DNA of 64,000 bases from Takakia lepidozioides. Taxonomy: Eukaryota; Plantae; Bryophyta. Of the stretch, positions 11,712 through 23,300 are shown in pieces (position 1 is the first letter of the stretch; each line of letters begins with the position of its first letter). The stretch is from the NCBI GenBank assembly GCA_030704615.1, contig CM060731.1:17732001-17796000 (forward strand). Direction: 5' to 3'. The notes under the pieces were generated by a model that had not been told where the DNA came from, searched no databases, and saw only the letters and a program-made list of their open reading frames with translations. Made by a program: the position numbers and the translations under genes.

Positions 11712-13694
11712 ATGGCGAAGACAATGGCCGCAGCTGTAGCTGTGCTTGCGGTATTTTGCATCTGTTTCCTGCAGAGTGTGCAGGGGTTCTATCTGCCGGG
11801 TAGCTACATGCATGGCTATGAAAAGGGCAAGGAACTGGCGGTTAAGGTCAATTCCATCACCTCGATCGACTCCGAGCTGCCCTACAGTTACTACAGCCTC
11901 CCATTTTGCAAGCCCAAAGATGGTATCAAGAAAGTAGCCGAGAATCTTGGCGAGCTTCTGATGGGTGACCAGATTGAGAGCTCTCCGTACACGTTCCATA
12001 TGAAGCAGGACGAGTCCAGTGTCAAACTCTGCCACTCGAAACCCCTGTCAGAGAATGACGTGAAGCATTTGAAGCAGCGGATCGACGACTACTATCAGAT
12101 CAATCTCATTTTGGACAACCTTCCGGTGACAAGGTTCACTCGGCAAACGGCGGAGTCTAAAGTTGCCATGCGGTGGACCGGATTTCCTATCGGTTATGAA
12201 CAGAACAAAAATTACTACATTTACAATCACCTCAAGTTCAACGTGTTGATCCATGAATACGAGGATACCATCGGTTCCGTGGGCTCTGTCATGGCTACAG
12301 GTGATGGGATCGATGCCTTGCCCACAGGAACTGGTAGAAATATGTCAGGCACATTTATGGTGGTTGGTTTTGAGGTGGTACCCTGCAGTATCCCTCGTGC
12401 TGGGGATGCGCTTACATTGCCTGAACTTGGCAATCTCAAGCAGGCTCCTTGTACTGCGGATGGCCCACACCAGCCAATCAAGCTTGGGGAGCAGATTGTG
12501 TTCTCTTATGATGTGCACTTTGAAGTTAGCTCGATCCGGTGGCCTAGCCGATGGGATGCGTACCTTAAGATGGAGGGTGCACGGGTGCATTGGTTCTCTA
12601 TCCTGAACTCGCTCATGGTCATTTCGTTCCTTACTGGCATCGTGTTTATCATCTTCTTAAGAACTGTGCGTCGAGATCTGACCAAGTATGAAGAGCTCGA
12701 CAAAGAAGCCCAGGCACAAATGACTGAGGAACTATCCGGGTGGAAGCTGGTGGTGGGTGATGTATTTCGGGCGCCAACTCACCCTCAGCTTCTCTGTGTT
12801 GTTGTTGGGGATGGGGTTCAAATCACGGGCATGGCCATTGTTACCATTTTGTTTGCAGCATTTGGGTTCATGTCGCCTGCATCGCGAGGCATGTTACTTA
12901 CTGGCATGGTGCTGCTGTATCTCTTTTTGGGGATTGCTGCTGGTTATGTGGGTTCCAGGTTGTGGTGCACCATCAAGGGTGATTCCAAAGGCTGGAGGAC
13001 AATTTCGTGGCGGGTGGCTTGTTTCTTCCCAGGCATTGCCTTCAGCATACTCACTGTGCTGAACTTCATTTTGTGGGCAAACGATAGTACAGGCGCCATC
13101 CCCATATATCTCTTCTTCATCCTGCTACTTCTATGGTTTGGGATCTCTGTACCGCTGACATTGTTGGGAGGCTATTTGGGCGCACGAGCGGAGCCTATCA
13201 AGTACCCTGTGCGCACCAACCAGATTCCCCGGGAAGTTCCCCCCCAAAAGTACCCTTCATGGCTGCTGGTGTTGGGCGCCGGGACTCTACCCTTCGGGAC
13301 GCTCTTCATTGAGCTGTTTTTCATCATGTCCAGCATCTGGATGGGCCGTGTATACTATGTGTTTGGGTTTCTGTTTGTGGTGTTAGTGCTGCTGGTGATT
13401 GTGTGTGCGGAGGTATCAGTGGTGCTCACCTACATGCATCTATGTGTGGAGGACCATCGGTGGTGGTGGAAGTCCTTCTTTGCATCTGGCTCAGTGGCAC
13501 TCTACGTCTTCCTATACTCCATCAACTACTTAGTTCTTGATTTGCATAGTTTGAGTGGGCCGGTATCAGCTGTTCTGTATATGGGCTACTCAGTGATGAT
13601 GGCTCTTGCCATCATGTTTGCAACAGGCACTATAGGGTTTCTGACATCCTTCTACTTTGTGCACTATCTCTTCTCCTCTGTGAAGCTCGACTAG
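11712..13694 (+). CDS. Transmembrane 9 superfamily protein (TM9SF/EMP70; TMN11/12-like), intronless, 660 aa
   Basis: Signal peptide then FYLPG; ENLGELLMGD; HWFSILNS; GWKLVVGDVFR; RTNQIPR; nine C-terminal TM segments; C-terminal KLD (KxD/E Golgi-retention motif). First ATG is at 11712 (the ORF track starts at GTG 11703). Confidence 0.97.
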   Translation: MAKTMAAAVAVLAVFCICFLQSVQGFYLPGSYMHGYEKGKELAVKVNSITSIDSELPYSYYSLPFCKPKDGIKKVAENLGELLMGDQIESSPYTFHMKQDESSVKLCHSKPLSENDVKHLKQRIDDYYQINLILDNLPVTRFTRQTAESKVAMRWTGFPIGYEQNKNYYIYNHLKFNVLIHEYEDTIGSVGSVMATGDGIDALPTGTGRNMSGTFMVVGFEVVPCSIPRAGDALTLPELGNLKQAPCTADGPHQPIKLGEQIVFSYDVHFEVSSIRWPSRWDAYLKMEGARVHWFSILNSLMVISFLTGIVFIIFLRTVRRDLTKYEELDKEAQAQMTEELSGWKLVVGDVFRAPTHPQLLCVVVGDGVQITGMAIVTILFAAFGFMSPASRGMLLTGMVLLYLFLGIAAGYVGSRLWCTIKGDSKGWRTISWRVACFFPGIAFSILTVLNFILWANDSTGAIPIYLFFILLLLWFGISVPLTLLGGYLGARAEPIKYPVRTNQIPREVPPQKYPSWLLVLGAGTLPFGTLFIELFFIMSSIWMGRVYYVFGFLFVVLVLLVIVCAEVSVVLTYMHLCVEDHRWWWKSFFASGSVALYVFLYSINYLVLDLHSLSGPVSAVLYMGYSVMMALAIMFATGTIGFLTSFYFVHYLFSSVKLD

Positions 13695-14848
13695 TTGTCA
13701 TTTTGGTGCACCAGCCAGGTGGGGTTAGGTTTTGGAATGGAAGAGGCTACAGGCAGGTTAGATTGTCAGGCAGTGGAACAATTGGTTTGCCCTTTGTGAC
13801 AGGTTAAGATGAGGGCTGAATAGGCAAGACAAAAGTGAGATGCAGCATTTTAGGACTGCGCGTGGAGGAGTGGTTAAGCACTCTTCTGTCTATGATGAGT
13901 ATCCTAGAAGGCAATAATATAGTATGCACTGATTTGCACCAAAATTTGAGAAGGTCTATGTTACAGACAATTCATTCCATTGCTGTGATGATCACCTTTT
14001 CTGTCCAGTTCATGGCAGGCAGAGTGGAGTATTGCACATACTGGCAACATCTTTACGCACAGAGGGAAAATCAAAACAGACTTACTGTTGGACTTCTATA
14101 CAAAATAACAAAAGTGGGTGTAGAGAAAGGGGGTTTCACCACAAGCAACTTGAGGAGACATGGATCACTGCAAGGTAGAGTCTAGAAATGGTCTTCTTCG
14201 AGTTTGGGCTATTTTGTCTCCTTGCTTCATAAGCCTGAGTTGGAGTACAGCTTGAAGGCACCCAGCCTGTGTGGTTGGTTGGAGAACGTTAGGTGTGTGT
14301 TTTTGAAGGGTAATGGACGTCAGTAACTTTTGGTCAAGAAATACAAGGTGAATCAAAGATGAAGTGATACCTGCTAGAGGCAGTCATCCTTCGATGGGCT
14401 GCAAGTATGTTGGGATGTTAAGCAATCTTTAAGTTCTGTTTTTGGATGAGAATCTGCTTGACAATCCAGTGTGAGACACCATTGTCAGATGCACCCCAGC
14501 AGTTGTGTTGCTATGTAGCTCATTCATGAAGAAGGCATCTCTCTTGTTCATGATGCTGTTGTACCAAGACATGCATCATGGAATGAAGCCAGATGGAGGG
14601 TCTCAGAAATGAAGGGTGCAAGACCCATGCTACGGGCAGCAGTTGTATGTGTTATCTGAGGTGACACACTCTTATTGGTCTTTGCTGTTCCTGTTCATTG
14701 CTCTGTGGGTCTGGGGTTCAATCCCCTGTTAGTTTCATCGGCCTCTGGGCTGGGTCTCATTCCTGTATAAGGGGGTTATTTTTCCTCTCAATAAAGTGCC
14801 TGAATTGTAGAGAAAAGAAAAAGCGCAAATTCATCAATGTGCAAAATA

Positions 14849-14850
<2 letters not shown>

Positions 14851-14887
<37 letters not shown>
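14851..14887. repeat. (CT)n microsatellite
   Basis: Uninterrupted TC dinucleotide run. A C-run plus (CT)n also occurs at ~11478-11521. Confidence 0.95.
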
Positions 14888-14890
<3 letters not shown>

Positions 14891-15535
14891 CTATCCAAGG
14901 TATTTCAAGTGAAGCACTCATACTAGTTCCCTCTCTCCTTCCAAGACAAACATAACATGCACCCATTTGCTAGGTATCTCCAACTACAATCCTAGACAGA
15001 GAGAGAGAACAGAGAAGAAATGCCAGGAAAAGAGAGAAAAAATTGGATAGACAAAGATTTTGTCCTTGTATTTTTATGTGAAAAGGGGAAAAAGGAAACA
15101 CCCCGGAGTGACCGTTCACAAATCAGCCAGGCCCCTTAGACAGGAGAGAATAACCTCTTTCAAAGTACCCGCGCCGACCACAAGGCTGAGAAGACTATAT
15201 AGTATACCTATCACACCGAACATCCTTGTAATTTTTTTTTGTCTCCTTGTATAATTAATGTAGTCTTTAAAAAAAAACAAATAATGAACAGGGGACAGAG
15301 GCCCTGAAAATAATTAGAAGAAGTGGAAAAAATAACCACCCTGAGGCCGTGAAGGCTTACAGTGTAGTCTAATATTTTCATTTTTTATTTTTATTTTTTC
15401 GAAAGTACAGGGGGATTGTAGCCCTGGAAATTTATTAAAAAGGTAAGGAAAAAATACCCTTACAATAAGCCATAAGGCGGATTAATGAGGTTCCACTCCG
15501 AGCCTGAAGTCCAGATGAGAGAGAAAGAAGGGATC

Positions 15536-15687
15536 AAGCAGAGATAAAGAGCCACCGAAATTGCTCTCCAACTAAGTCTAAGGAAGCAGAGATAAAGAGC
15601 CACCGAAATTGCTCTCCAACTAAGTCTAAGGAAGCAGAGATAAAGAGCCACCGAAATTGCTCTCCAACTAAGTCTAAGGAAGCAGAG
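15536..15687. repeat. 48-bp tandem repeat x3
   Basis: AAGCAGAGATAAAGAGCCACCGAAATTGCTCTCCAACTAAGTCTAAGG occurs three times. Confidence 0.95.
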
Positions 15688-17304
15688 GAAAGAGAGAGCA
15701 GCAAGTGCACCCTAACTATGCAAAGGGTGTAATGGGCTAGGCCCCTTTAACAACCTACAGCAAGAAATATTCATATATGGGTAGCTACTAGATACTGGAG
15801 CCTGTATTTTTTTATTTTATTTTTTTTCTTTATGCAACAGGGGACAGAGGCCCTGGGAAAACTGTCTTAGAATTATATAAGGGAAAAAATTAAAACCGCC
15901 TGTATTTCTATTCATATATTTACAAAAAAACATAAGTATAGAAATTGTTTTAATATATTTAAAGTAAATAGAAAAACACGTCACACACGCATCTGGCCAA
16001 TCACGGAGGCGACAGTTGTGGGCAGAGAAGAGAGGCGACAGAGCGAGCAGCAACTGCAATAACGAAGGCGGCTTTGGACAACTGACTGACTGTTACTTAC
16101 TTGCCTCCAATTTCTCAATGCTCCCGCACTCACACTGCAATCCGGCTCCTCCAGCTCCCTCTTGCGGGCTATCCTCGGACGCAGAGGCTTGAATTCTTGA
16201 TGCTTTCATGTCGATTTGATGGATATGTGAATACATTGTATAGAATACCCGAATCCCGCTGAAATTCTACATTAGAACATCCATAAGCAAACAATTGAGT
16301 GTAGACAGTTTTCTTGAACAGCTCAAAGAGCCGAAAGTTGGAAGAAGGCATCGTCACATAAGGCTCAATCAGGTTGGTCGTGCAGTAACAATGGGAGTAC
16401 AACGTAGGTGAAGGCCATGACCAGATTCCCGAGATACTGTGGAGGATTAATAAGGTGATGAGGTTTGTGTGCTGTAATAATTTTGTGAGGCGGATTATGA
16501 TGATGGCGTGCACTGTACATTCAATGTCACATGGCCGTGACATAGACCTAACGTCCCACCGGTAGGTAGAGCAACCGACTCCCACTACATGGTGGGGATG
16601 TTTGTGATTTTGTAAGAAAGCTAGGCTGAAATGCTCAAGCTCTGGCGGTAGGGTGGTTCTGGCTGTGGTGCAAGAGATCTATTGGAATGAGTTATGGATG
16701 TCCAGGGCTGCTGCTGCATTTAGTGGCGGGGTGAGAGGGCAGGTGCGTGATTACGTACATTCCCAGATACATGCTTGTCTTGTGATCTGGTGCGGATAGA
16801 GAGCTGCTTGCGTCATTAATTTTGTTGGTTGCGTTAACAATGATGATGAGCATATGGGGGGTTTCAAATGCATGAGTCTTCTTGCGGATAGGCAGATCAA
16901 CGATTTTCTTGAATTGATTCTTCACATTGACCCTGCCAATTCCAGGTGCGGGACAAGAACATGTTGTGGAGTTGAATGAGCATGTCAAGTGCGGAGGCGC
17001 TTCCTACCTACCCCAAGATCCAAGCCACAGTAGCTCAACAACCATAATTGCGTCACTTACTCCCAAGGTCATTCTTCATCTACTTCAGGCATTCCGGTGA
17101 AGGACCCTCACCATGGAGGAATACATGCAGCAAACGTCCAGATTGCAGCTGTCCATGCAGAACAAGTTCAGCTCCTACTCTGATTTGATGCAGGGCAACG
17201 TGGTTAGCGAAGGAGCCAGCTGTCTGTAGAGATCTGCAACAAGCTCTTCACTTACGAGTCAGGAAATTCTCAATCAACCATAGGCTTCTCGAACCTTCGC
17301 ATAC

Positions 17305-20300
17305 ATGGAAGACGCCCCCCGGCTTCCAAAATGGGCCCAAAGGGCCCAGTGGAGGTCTGGCTCCTTTGGGGTATCGTCACCGAGTGTTTTTCGTAGGCTA
17401 GGCCCGGTACGTCCATATGTACGGGAGCCGGTTGCTGATCCACCTCTTGCAGGAATGATATTTGGGTGCACAACTAAAACTTATCATGAGTGCATGAGGC
17501 TGCAGCTGTTTGGATTGCCACTCAACAACAAGAGCCAGGTAAGACGAATCCAACAAAATGTCTTAAAGTTTGACGGAGAGGACAGGCCAGTGCAAAAAAC
17601 TCTCCTTCAGTTTTCATTCAGGAGAAGGAACCACTCTGCACTTGAGAGAACTTGCCATGGAACTTACACCTATTGATCCAGTTTTTTTGGAATGATGCAG
17701 GTGCTTCGGGTAGTCCCTGGTTCCAAGCTCTTCCTCTTCAATTTTCGAGTCAAGGAAATGTCAGGAATCTTTGAGGCAACCTCGTATGGAGGCTTGAGTA
17801 TTATGCCAGGTGCCTTTGCCAATTTTGGCTCATTTCCAGCACAGGTCACCCTCTTATCTTTACAGCTCCTGGTCTGGTGTTATAATTACAATCATCCCAC
17901 ACTCGGTAATTTCATAAGGCAAACACGGGCGCCTATTTTGTTAAGCATATATGCTGTCACTCTGCTAGCATGCTGTACAATGGGACTGGCAAAGGTCTTG
18001 CGGTGGGTGAATAACAGTAGAACTCCCATTTACTCAGTTGAGTATGATCGGCCACTGCTGCCTCACATTTCCTTACTGTTTGGAGCAGTTAAATTAAGAT
18101 AACACAGTTCCATACTACGATCTCAACGAATCAGAGAGGTTTTATGCTTTGAGGTCCAATCAAATTCTACTAAATGTGTGGGTAGATGTTGTGTTTGTTG
18201 CAGGTCAAAATCCGTTGCATTGATGAGTGCCCCAATTTGCCAGAAGATGTCTTTAAAGAAGCCATACGGGAAAACTACATCGATAGGCACAAGTTCACGT
18301 ATGAGCTGACCACAAGTCAAGTAAGTTCTATGAGTTCTAACTCTTGAATTGGAGTCTCCTCTGGTCTGAAATGCAAATATCGGATGCAAAGTCAGCCTAG
18401 CAAGCTTAGAAGTGATGCTTTGCACTTAGAAGGGGTTTCTCAGTGGCATTCTTTTGGGTCCCAGATTGACTAAAGGACCAATGTCATCCTGTCATCTCCT
18501 CCTTATCGGTTCTTCTCTTGAGGAAGGTGTCAGTTATAGTGGGTTACTTTGTGTCTCAGCGCAAAACATGTGGTGGGTTTCATGAACCTGGAGGTTTCTT
18601 GTCACTTGCTTCGTGAAAATGCCCTTAACTGCCGACGGAGGAGACGTGTCTTGTTGGTGGGTCAGACACCACAATAGCCTGATCATACCTCCACTGGCAA
18701 CTGATATTGTATTGAAAGGTTGCCTCTCTGGTATAGCAGACTAATGCATCCATTCTATCTCTGCACGGCTGCACCTCCTCAACATGATCATTTGCAGTAG
18801 GTCTTAGCAACTGACAGTCCAGAATACATTAAGTTTCAAGTAGACATCCCGAGTGAAAAATTACACAAAGTGCAATGCTAGGCTTTCATTGAAACGATGT
18901 TGCTCTGAAGTCCTTAGAGTAATGTCTCATATGTGATTTTGGTCCCATGTGTGTCTTTGGTTTTTGGTTTGCCGTCGCATGTGTCATGGGCATGTTGAGA
19001 ACCTATATGTGAGGATATTCTTTGAACAGGTCCAGAGACTCATGGATTTATTTAGGAGGGAGGCCCATTTGTGTGGATTACATTCCCAGACTGTGCAGAG
19101 TAATCAGATTTCAACTCAGCCTGATCTTCAAAGACCACAAAGAGAGACTAAACTGAAGAAAAAGCACAAAAAGCGTCAGAAGGTTCGTGCAACATATTAA
19201 GCCATGTCCAGCATATATTGTGAATGTCATGCATGTGCGTGTATGTCTAATTCATCAGAATTTTTAAGCAACATTTATTGTTTTGCATTGGAGTTAAAAG
19301 AGTTTATAAGACCGACAGATGAGATGCAGACCGACAGGGAATGATCAAGACTGAGAGAGATGGTGGAGAGTGTGGCTTTATGTATTCGTCTATTCATCAT
19401 CTGTGTCTGTGCATATGTGTGTGCAAAAGCAGGTCGGTGAAGGTGAGACCAGTGTTGGGATTGTGCAGTCATCTGCCGAAGGCGGGTTAGTGATGTCCAA
19501 AGCAAGTCCCTCTGCGCTACTTCCTCCTACTCCTGCAGTGACAGTTTCTCCTGGGGCTCCAAACTGCTTAGCTGAATCTTGTGTGCGGAAATCCATCAAT
19601 GACCAGTGCAATGATCCAAGTCACTCCACCGATTCATCTGGAATCAAGGAAGTAAAGCCTGAAACAAAGAACAGCTGCCAGCAGTCAGCAGTTCAAAGCC
19701 TGGAGAGGACAGCCGAGTCAACTGCCATTGCTTTCATGACAGACTGCTTGGCACCAACTGCCAAGACTATTGACACATCAGCTTCTTCTGCTCTTCAGAA
19801 AGTGCCTGAGGGCTTACCATGTGGATCCTGCAATGTAGTTATAGTGCAAGAGGCAGAAATGTCACCTGTCTGCACAGGAGTGGAGAGCACAGTGTCTGCA
19901 GTTGGGGGATTGTCAGATAAAAAGAAATTAAGTCTTGTAGAGAAAGCTGGTTTGGCACTGGAGATTGGGGGAACGTTGGGCATGGGGAAAGAGACTGCAG
20001 TCCTAGCTAGTGATGACAAAATGGTGACTGAGGTGGCTCTTTCATGGGCCACATCCCAGATTCTGGAGGGATTACGAGGTGAGCTTGGAAATGTAGGGGC
20101 AATAAAGAGTGAAGAAAAAAGATTTTTGTCACCGCAAGTTACTATTGACAGGCAACACAGTCTGGAGGATGATGAACAGGAGAAAGGAATGGAAAGGAAG
20201 TTACAACCCTCAGTTTCTGTCATGGTCCAAGGGCTTCCCAGTCCTAAGGCCAGTGCACCAGATACCACTTTGGAAGCTGATAAATTGCAACACAGGTCTA

Positions 20301-23300
20301 CTGAGAGCAAAAAGTTGCTGTCTTCTAAACTGGTTCTTGCAGCATCAGAGGTGCCAACCTTGCCAGCTGGAGAATGGTCGGCTAGGACAGTTGAGTCAAC
20401 TTCCAATGCTTTCACAGGAGACAGCTTGGCGCCAACTGCCAGAACCCATACATTAGCTTCTTCTGCTATTCTCGATGCGGCTGAGAACTTATTACTTGCA
20501 GTGTCAATGGAGAGTGAAGGGATTTCGTGGGGCCTTGAGGAAAGGAAAATAGCCGCTGGGCGTGGTGGTTCTGAGGAGTTCGAGGTTGCAGTTTCTGTTA
20601 GTGGTAGTGGATCTACGGTGATGAAGTCATCACTACCAGTTGCAATGGACAGACAATGTAGTTTGGAAGATATTGCTTTGAAGCAGGTTGAGCAACAGGA
20701 GAGGAGGCCTGAAATTGAAATAGAATCTTCAGGTTTTGTGATGCTCGAAGAGTCTCCCACAATTGGTGTCCCAGATCCCACTCTTGAAGTTGAGGAATTA
20801 CACCATAACCTTACAGAGAGCAAGGATATGACTTCTTCTGGACCAGTTCTGACCGCACTAGACGTAGGATCCCTTCCTGCAGTTGAATGCGTGGTGAGGC
20901 CAGTTGGGTCAACTTCCAAGGCATTCACTGGAGACAGCTTGGCATCAACTGTCACAACCCCTCGTAAATCAGCTTCTTCTTTTGTACAAAAAATGCCAGA
21001 GAACTTAGCACATGGCTTGCATAATGCAGATGTAGGGTTAGAAGCAGAGATGCCAATTGTCAGCATGGGAGTGGAGGCCAAAGGGTCTGCTGTCAGATTC
21101 ACAGACAAAGAGAACCTACGGCTTGTAGAGAAAGCTGGTTTGGCACTGGAGATGGGGGGAAGGTTGGGCTTGGAGAAAGATACTGCAGTCCTGGCTAGTA
21201 ATGACAAAATGGTGACTGAGGTGGCTTATTCATGGGCCACATCCCAGATTCTGGAGGGATTAGGAGGTCAGCTTGGCACCCTACATGCTCTGAAGATAGA
21301 AGTAGGATCGGTGGGCGTGGAGGGAAGGAATTTACAAGCTGGGCCCTGTTGTCAAGAGGAGTTGGAGCTTGAAGTTTATGCTGGTATTGGTGAATGTATG
21401 GCGACAAATCCATCACTGCAAGTTACTGTTGACAGGCAACATAGTCTGGAGGATGATGGTGCTGTGAAGCTGGTTAATCAAGAGGAGAAAGGAGATGAAA
21501 GAAAGGTACAACCCTCAGTTTCTGTCACAGTCCAAGGGCCTCCCATATCTAAGGCTGGGGCACCAGATACCACTTTGTTGGGCTTGGAGAAAGATACTGC
21601 AGTCCTGGTTAGTAATGACAAAATGGTGACTGAGGTGGCTTATTCATGGGCCACATCCCAGATTCTGGAGGGATTAGGAGGTGAGCTTGGCAACCTACAT
21701 GCTCTGAAGATAGAAGTAGGATCAGTGGGAATGGAGGGAAGGAATTTACAAGCTGGGCCTTGTTGTCAAGAGGAGTTGGAGCTTGAAGTTTATGCTGGTA
21801 TTGGTGAATGTATGGCGACAAATCCATCACTGCAAGTTACTGTTGACAGGCAACATAGTCTGGAGGATGATGGTGCTATGAAGCTGGTTAATCAAGAGGA
21901 GAAAGGAGATGAAAGAAAGGTACAACCCTCAGTTTCTGTCACAGTCCGGCCGCCCATATCTAAGGCTGGTGCACCAGATACCACTTTGGAAGCTGAGAAC
22001 AGGCCTACTGAGAGCTCGGGATTGGTTTCCTCTGAACTAATTCTTGCGGAATCAGACGCACTAACCCTCCCGGTAGTTGAATGCTTGGCGAGGACAGTTG
22101 AGTCCACTTCCAACGCTTTTACAGGAGACAGCTGGGCACTAACTGCCACAGATGTATCAGCTTCTTGTGCTACTCACAACGTGGCTGAGAACATTGGATT
22201 GTGCAGTGCAGCTGCGGGGTGTGAAGGGATACCGTTGGGCCTCCAGGAAGGGAAAGTACACGTTGGATGCTGTGTTACAGAGGAGCTGGAGGTTGCAGTT
22301 TCTCTTAGTGATGTCGTGCTGAAGCCATCAATACCAGTTGCAGTGGACAGGCAACATAGTTTGGAAGATGATATTGCTTCCAAGCTGGTCGAGCAACAGG
22401 AGAAGAGGAATGAAAGTGAGTTAGAATCTTCATGTTTTGTGATGGTCGAAGAGTCTCCCACAACCAAGGCTGGTGTCCCAGATTTCACTCTTGAAATTGA
22501 GGAATTACCTACTGACAGCAAGGCTGTGGCTTCCTCTGAACTAGTTCTTGCAGCATCAGATGTACCTACCCTCCCGGAAGTTGAATGCTCGGCGAGGACA
22601 CTTGAGTCACTAACTGCCACAAACGCCTGTAAATCATCTTCTTCCTTTCTACAGAAAATGCAAGAGAACCTAGCAGTTGGATTGCATAATGCAGCTACAG
22701 GTTTAGAAGCAGAGATGTCACTTCTCAGCAGAGGATTGGAGGCCAAGTGGGCTACTGTCAGATCCACAGACGATGAGAACGTGGGGCTTGTTGAGAAAGC
22801 TGAGACAGGGGAAAGGTTAGGGATGGCAATAGAGCCTACAGTCCTAGCTAGTAATGACAAAATGCTGACTGAGGTGGCTCTCTCATGGGCCACATCTCAG
22901 ATCCTGGAGGAAATAGGAGGTGAGCTTGGAAACCTGGGGGTTCTGAAGAGAGAAGAAAAAGGATTGTTGGGCTTGGAGAGAATGAATATAGAAGGGCAGC
23001 CTTGTGGTCAAGAGGAGTTGGAGCTTGATGTTTCTGCTGTTGTTGGTGAATCGGTGTTGTTGAACCCATTACTGCAAGCTACTGTTGACAACCAACATAG
23101 TCCGGAGGATGATGGTGCCGAGCAACTGGTTACAGAGGAGAAAGGAGAGGACAGGAAGTTACAATCCCCAACTACTTGCATGGTCCAAGGGCCACCCATT
23201 CCTAAGGCCAGTGCACCAGGTACCACTGTGGAAGATGAGCAACTGCATCATAGGTCTACTGAGACTTTACCGATTCATGCAGCATCAGTAGTACAGTCCT

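Noticed and set aside
14480-14620. Possible PPR remnant (..GMKPDG) downstream of TM9SF
   Set aside because: Only a few residues match.
15536-15687. 48-bp and 47-bp (7575-7668) repeats as CRISPR arrays
   Set aside because: Head-to-tail repeats without spacers, in a eukaryotic context with no cas genes.
19370-19432. GTG start of the 6383-aa ORF as a stand-alone gene
   Set aside because: These codons lie in an intron. The CAG acceptor at 19432 joins the ORF to the DCD exons, and the last ~20 codons after the GT donor at 38460 are also intronic.
19795-21207. 470-aa minus-strand ORF and the many other antisense ORFs across 19.4-38.5 kb
   Set aside because: Shadow frames produced by the codon bias and repeats of the giant plus-strand exon. 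They are Ser/Thr-rich, fragmentary and have no domain.
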